The position numbers were made by a program, and so were the translations under genes. A DNA stretch of 64,000 nt from Candidatus Obscuribacteraceae bacterium (lineage in GTDB: Bacteria; Cyanobacteriota; Vampirovibrionia; Obscuribacterales; Obscuribacteraceae): positions 192,001 through 256,000 of the forward strand of contig JBGASG010000001.1 in NCBI GenBank assembly GCA_044229845.1, read 5' to 3'. The notes below the pieces were generated by a model that saw only the letters and a list, made by a program, of their open reading frames with translations, ran no database searches and had not been told where the DNA came from. Positions 60,055-64,000 of this stretch are shown here, in pieces (within the stretch, counting starts at the first letter, position 1; each line of letters begins with the position of its first letter).

Positions 60055-60809
60055 GCACGACGACGAAACAACGAGTGATGCTCGTCGACGATGATCTGAC
60101 AATCATCGAAACTTTGCAGTACAACCTCAATCGTCATGGCTATGAGACGGTCACTTTCAACAACGGCAGCACGGCGCTGGCGGCGCTGTCCTCCAGCGAA
60201 AGCCCCGACCTGATTATTCTTGATTGGATGTTGCCCGATATGGTCGGTCCGGAGATCTGTAAGGTGATTCGCAGCCGGTCGATCGAAGTGCCGATTCTGA
60301 TGCTCACCGGCAGAGCCGCTCCTGCCGATGTTGCCGAAGGGCTGACCAGCGGTGCCGACGATTATCTCGCCAAGCCATTCAGCACGGTGGAATTGATGGC
60401 TCGCGTCCAGGCGGTGTTGCGGCGCGTCAAGGGCGTCAAGAAGGGCGCGTCGACCAAACTTGTCATCGGTGATCTGGTGCTCGACGAGGATTCACGGCGG
60501 GTTACTAAGAAAGGCAAAAACGTAGATCTCTCCCCCAAGGAGTTTCAACTATTGAAAGTGCTTATGTCGAATTCAGGGAAAACATTATCCACGGAGTCGC
60601 TGCTCAATCAAGTCTGGGGCTATGATTTCACCGGTGACGTGAAGACGGTGGCGGTGCATGTCCGCTGGCTGCGCCAGAAGCTGGAAGCCGATCCGAAGAA
60701 TCCGCAACTGTTAGAAACGGTGCACCGCTCAGGATATAGATTGAACGCGCCGGAAGTAGAACCCGGAGACTCCGCCGGGACTGCAAACACCGGGGGCCAT
60801 GCCAGTTAA
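60051..60809 (+). CDS. phoB: PhoB/SphR-like response regulator
   Basis: LDWMLP, GADDY, KTVAVHVRWLRQKLE; next to phoU. Confidence 0.8.
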   Translation: MSTTTKQRVMLVDDDLTIIETLQYNLNRHGYETVTFNNGSTALAALSSSESPDLIILDWMLPDMVGPEICKVIRSRSIEVPILMLTGRAAPADVAEGLTSGADDYLAKPFSTVELMARVQAVLRRVKGVKKGASTKLVIGDLVLDEDSRRVTKKGKNVDLSPKEFQLLKVLMSNSGKTLSTESLLNQVWGYDFTGDVKTVAVHVRWLRQKLEADPKNPQLLETVHRSGYRLNAPEVEPGDSAGTANTGGHAS

Positions 60810-61454
60810 ATGAAGACGCAGCAAATCACACTCGTCAAAGAAGACGTGCTCTCCCTGGGTCGCAAGGTCAGTCGTGAGGTCGTGGAACTGTCTGGGTTGC
60901 TGGTCCGCTCCCCCGGCGCTTCTTTCGAGTTTATTCAGAAGCAGGAAGATGAGATCAACGACCTCTGTCTGGGCATCGAAGAGAAGTGCCTGGATGTCTT
61001 AGTGGAAAAGCAGGATCTCAGCCCGCAAGAAATTCGCACCGTCGTTGGTAGCACACTGATTGCCGCCAAGTTCGAACGTCTCTCCGACCACGCTTACCGC
61101 ACCGCCAAGTTGATTACCTGGATCCTGGAAGATGACGTGCCGATTCCGGAAGAACTGGCGCAGATGGCCAACGTCATCGCGCGTATGGTGGAAGACGTCC
61201 TGGTCTGTTTCGTCAGCGATGCCATCGACCGCGTCCCCGAGATCTCGCAACGGGACAGTCAGGTCGATTACCTCCACGACATGATGCACAAGCGACTGCT
61301 CTCAGATCTGGGCGTGCAAGATCAAGAGCAGGCTCAGACCAACACACAGTTTCTTTTCTGTGCCCGGTATCTCGAGCGCATGGGCGATCTGGTCGGCTCA
61401 ATCGCCAGACGGATTCACTTTATCGTCACCGGCGAGCGCATGGCGCAGCATTAA
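60810..61454 (+). CDS. phoU: Phosphate signalling protein PhoU
   Basis: FERLSDHA and LERMGD repeats, FIVTG C terminus. Confidence 0.88.
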   Translation: MKTQQITLVKEDVLSLGRKVSREVVELSGLLVRSPGASFEFIQKQEDEINDLCLGIEEKCLDVLVEKQDLSPQEIRTVVGSTLIAAKFERLSDHAYRTAKLITWILEDDVPIPEELAQMANVIARMVEDVLVCFVSDAIDRVPEISQRDSQVDYLHDMMHKRLLSDLGVQDQEQAQTNTQFLFCARYLERMGDLVGSIARRIHFIVTGERMAQH

Positions 61455-61472
61455 GCTTCGGAGGAAAATTCA

Positions 61473-62519
61473 GTGCCGGCGATTATTCTGGCAGGCGAAG
61501 AAGAGTTTGAAATCGCGCGACGCGCTGAGGCTTTAAAAAAAGAACTCGTCGACCCTCAATGGCTGAGCTTCAATTTTCAACGCCAATCGGGCGGCGGGCT
61601 GCGTGAAGCGATCGATGCCTGTGCCGGTGTGGCTTTTGGACCGGGCAACAAGCTGATTATGCTTGACCGGTGTGAGCTGTTTACCAAAAAACGCGGCAAG
61701 AGCGATGACGACGGCGAGTCTAAATCGGCTGCCAAAGCCGCGAAACTGCTAGATGATTTTGCCGGCGCCCTGCAAAATATAGCTCCGACCACCTATGTGA
61801 TCTTCGCTTGCACAGCCAATTTCGACAGCACGCTCAAGGTCTCGAAAGTGGCGGAGAAACATGCCCAGATCGAAAGGTTTGAAAAACGCAAGTACACCGC
61901 CGGTAGTGCCAACCGCGAACTGGTGACCTGGGCTGGCAAGGAAGCTCATCGGTTCAAGGCGGTTATAGACGACGACGCCATCTTCTATCTGGCGGAGAGC
62001 ACCGAAGTCAACTTGCGGCAAATGTCCAAAGAGATAGAAAAGGCTGCTACCTATGTATTGCCGAAAGAGCGCATTACGCTCGATGTAGTGTCCAGGCTGA
62101 GCCCGCACTACTCTCACGTTTTTCAGCTGCTCGATCACTGGGCCTACGGTCGCAGAGCCCAGGTGATTGGCAGCATCCAAGAACTGCTTTCCAGGCAGAG
62201 TGCATTGCCGATCGTGGCTCTCCTGCAGACAACTCTCAGCAAGTGGATCACCATCAAGGCTGAGGCTGAGCGCATCGAAGCCAGTGCACCAGCAACTCGT
62301 GGAGGACGCCGCCAGATTCCCTTGCCCGACCTGGCAAAGCGCATCGCGGCTGACTTGAGGATGAATGCCTGGGTGACCGAGATGGAGTTAAAGCGTATGA
62401 AGATGCTGACTCTAAGCGAAATTGTCCAAAAAAAATCACAACTCACCCAACTTGAGTTGCAGATGAAGACTGGACAGATGCCTGAGCAGGACGCGCTTAT
62501 CGTGTTTTTTACCGTCTGA
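61473..62519 (+). CDS. holA: DNA polymerase III delta subunit
   Basis: ILAGEEEF, FNFQ, AFGPGNKLI, SKEIEK, ELQMKTG. Confidence 0.82.
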   Translation: MPAIILAGEEEFEIARRAEALKKELVDPQWLSFNFQRQSGGGLREAIDACAGVAFGPGNKLIMLDRCELFTKKRGKSDDDGESKSAAKAAKLLDDFAGALQNIAPTTYVIFACTANFDSTLKVSKVAEKHAQIERFEKRKYTAGSANRELVTWAGKEAHRFKAVIDDDAIFYLAESTEVNLRQMSKEIEKAATYVLPKERITLDVVSRLSPHYSHVFQLLDHWAYGRRAQVIGSIQELLSRQSALPIVALLQTTLSKWITIKAEAERIEASAPATRGGRRQIPLPDLAKRIAADLRMNAWVTEMELKRMKMLTLSEIVQKKSQLTQLELQMKTGQMPEQDALIVFFTV

Positions 62520-62601
62520 TTTTCGTAATAATTTCCAACAGCATTGTTTACAGAGCTAGAGCTATGTTGGTTCTGGAAATGGTTCTCTGGGAGTTCCGGC
62601 A

Positions 62602-63069
62602 ATGCAACACGTCAGTCCGACCGATATAGAGAAGGCGCTTGTCGCTGCCAGCCGCCAGACGGCAGTCGATCTGGAAAGGATGGCGGAACGCGCTTTTGCT
62701 AACGGTTCTTACCATAACGCTGAGGTTCTACTGAAAAAACAGATTCACGCACTGCGTGATGCCGAAGGAGTCAATCTGAACAGCCCTCTGCAAGCCGAAG
62801 CAACGGAAGCACTGGGGACGGTTCTGGCGAAGCAGGCTAACTGGAAGGAAGCGGCGCAACTCTGGGAAGAAGCGTATCGCCGCTATGAAAAGGTGTTTTC
62901 GGTGGAAGGTCTGGATGATACGTCATCCGAATTTTCCGATACCACATTCCGGCGTCTGGAGACTCTCGAAAGAGTGGCTCGCAATCTGGTTCTCGTCTAT
63001 GACGCACTGGGAGATATTCATGCGGCAGGCACATGGCGCATCCAGATTGATCTGCTTCACCTTATTTAG
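62602..63069 (+). CDS. Small TPR-like hypothetical protein
   Basis: TPR-like helices (ALGTVLAKQANWKEAAQLWEEA). Confidence 0.65.
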   Translation: MQHVSPTDIEKALVAASRQTAVDLERMAERAFANGSYHNAEVLLKKQIHALRDAEGVNLNSPLQAEATEALGTVLAKQANWKEAAQLWEEAYRRYEKVFSVEGLDDTSSEFSDTTFRRLETLERVARNLVLVYDALGDIHAAGTWRIQIDLLHLI

Positions 63070-63122
63070 TGGCACCTGCTCAACATTGACGCTTTAAGTT
63101 CAAGATCGAATGCCGAAGCAAG

Positions 63123-63199
63123 TGGGAGCTCCGGCGTCTTGCCGGCTTGGCTTCTTGTAAGCCGGCTGCTCAAAGCCGGTTTGACGGCCGGTGCTCCCA
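63123..63199. repeat. REP/REPIN-like inverted repeat between convergent genes
   Basis: TGGGAGCTCCGGCGTC...GCCGGCTT and AAGCCGG...GACGGCCGGTGCTCCCA arms; each arm is itself partly palindromic. Confidence 0.6.
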
Positions 63200-63252
63200 G
63201 AGTGCTTTGCGTATGTCAGGAAGAGTGTTTTGCGTGCCGACTACGCACGGAA

Positions 63253-64000
63253 CTACGTGCCGATCAACGACTTGTCCAGGTCTTTGACGTCGCGCTCGAT
63301 GTTTTTCAAATCGTCGATTTTGTATTTGAGCTCTCTTTCGAGATCCGCTTGAGCTCTAGTTGTATCAGTATTCGAGGTCCGCTTAAGCGTGTCGATCTGG
63401 TATTTGAGATGGTCTGTTTCTTTCCAGATGCGATCGTACTTCTTGAGCAACTCCTGACGCTGGGCATTGATCGCTTTGTATGCTGCATCGTTCGTGGATG
63501 CCATTGCCGGCGAGGCTGCTCCGACCACGATGACACTGGTGGCGATGGCAACTGAATACTTCTTGAACAGCTCTTCATAGCGCGGCATGAACTCAGGCGG
63601 TTTCTCGCCTTTTAGCAATGCAGCTAAGACTTCCAGGTGAGTATGCCAACCTGCCGCCACCTTGGCCATGAACTCGGCAGGCAGATGGGTATGCGTTACC
63701 TGCAGCCAGGTCTGATCGGCGCCGTCAGGTTCAAGCTGGAACGTCACATGCGAATAAACGTTTTGCGAGGGTTCCACCCATGAATAGGCAATCACCCTTG
63801 GTGCAACGCATTCGCTGACCAGTCCGCGCGTGCAATATAGCTGGTCGTTCTCGGGATCGGGCGTGCTGAACTTCAGGACCACCTGACCGCCCTCTTCGCA
63901 AGCGAAGGTAACTTCGGCAAAAAGCCATTCGCCGATTGCCTGGGCGCTGGTCAATCGTTCAAAGACTGCTGTCGCTGAACCCGGCATCAGCTGCCGGATC
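63253..64000 (-). CDS. SRPBCC/AHSA1 (START-like) domain protein with C-terminal hydrophobic segment and coiled coil; 5' end truncated by the window
   Basis: VFERLT...WL, PRVIAYSW, VTFQL, AAGWHTHLEVL; frame stays open to the window edge. Confidence 0.78.
   Translation of the reverse strand, partial: IRQLMPGSATAVFERLTSAQAIGEWLFAEVTFACEEGGQVVLKFSTPDPENDQLYCTRGLVSECVAPRVIAYSWVEPSQNVYSHVTFQLEPDGADQTWLQVTHTHLPAEFMAKVAAGWHTHLEVLAALLKGEKPPEFMPRYEELFKKYSVAIATSVIVVGAASPAMASTNDAAYKAINAQRQELLKKYDRIWKETDHLKYQIDTLKRTSNTDTTRAQADLERELKYKIDDLKNIERDVKDLDKSLIGT

Overview
Chromosomal window of a non-photosynthetic relative of Cyanobacteria. Vampirovibrionia/Melainabacteria (probably Obscuribacterales) is an inference from an RpaB orthologue, CsaB, ABC1 kinase, mini-RNase III, an SphS/SphR/PhoU-like triplet, a split gcvPB, and the absence of photosynthesis genes. 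It is mostly housekeeping genes (cdsA, tRNA-Ser, ftcd, eno, ahcY, gpmI, rph, holA, glcE/F, gcvPB) plus envelope glycosylation and signalling genes. No CRISPR array, prophage, IS element or rRNA is visible. The most unusual region is 21.7-37.8 kb. It holds two paralogous CpaC/RcpA-type secretins that are nearly identical in protein but heavily recoded and differ in one internal loop. Each lies near a copy of the same unknown secreted TPR-like protein and an OmpR-family regulator (CpxP/R/A-like, or RpaB). A GTAAG-N6-GTA(A/G)A box recurs in the intergenic DNA of the first module. Other leads: a glutamate dehydrogenase lacking its catalytic Lys (Thermus GdhA-like regulatory subunit); an iterated TGGTGGCATC-like motif cluster in front of a Zn-ribbon gene whose 3' UTR resembles an anti-SD sRNA; a CAGGAAT tandem repeat forming the gpmI leader; a degenerate REC-GGDEF-REC protein; and a mucin-like micro-lipoprotein. 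All product calls come from motif recognition by eye; no database searches were run.
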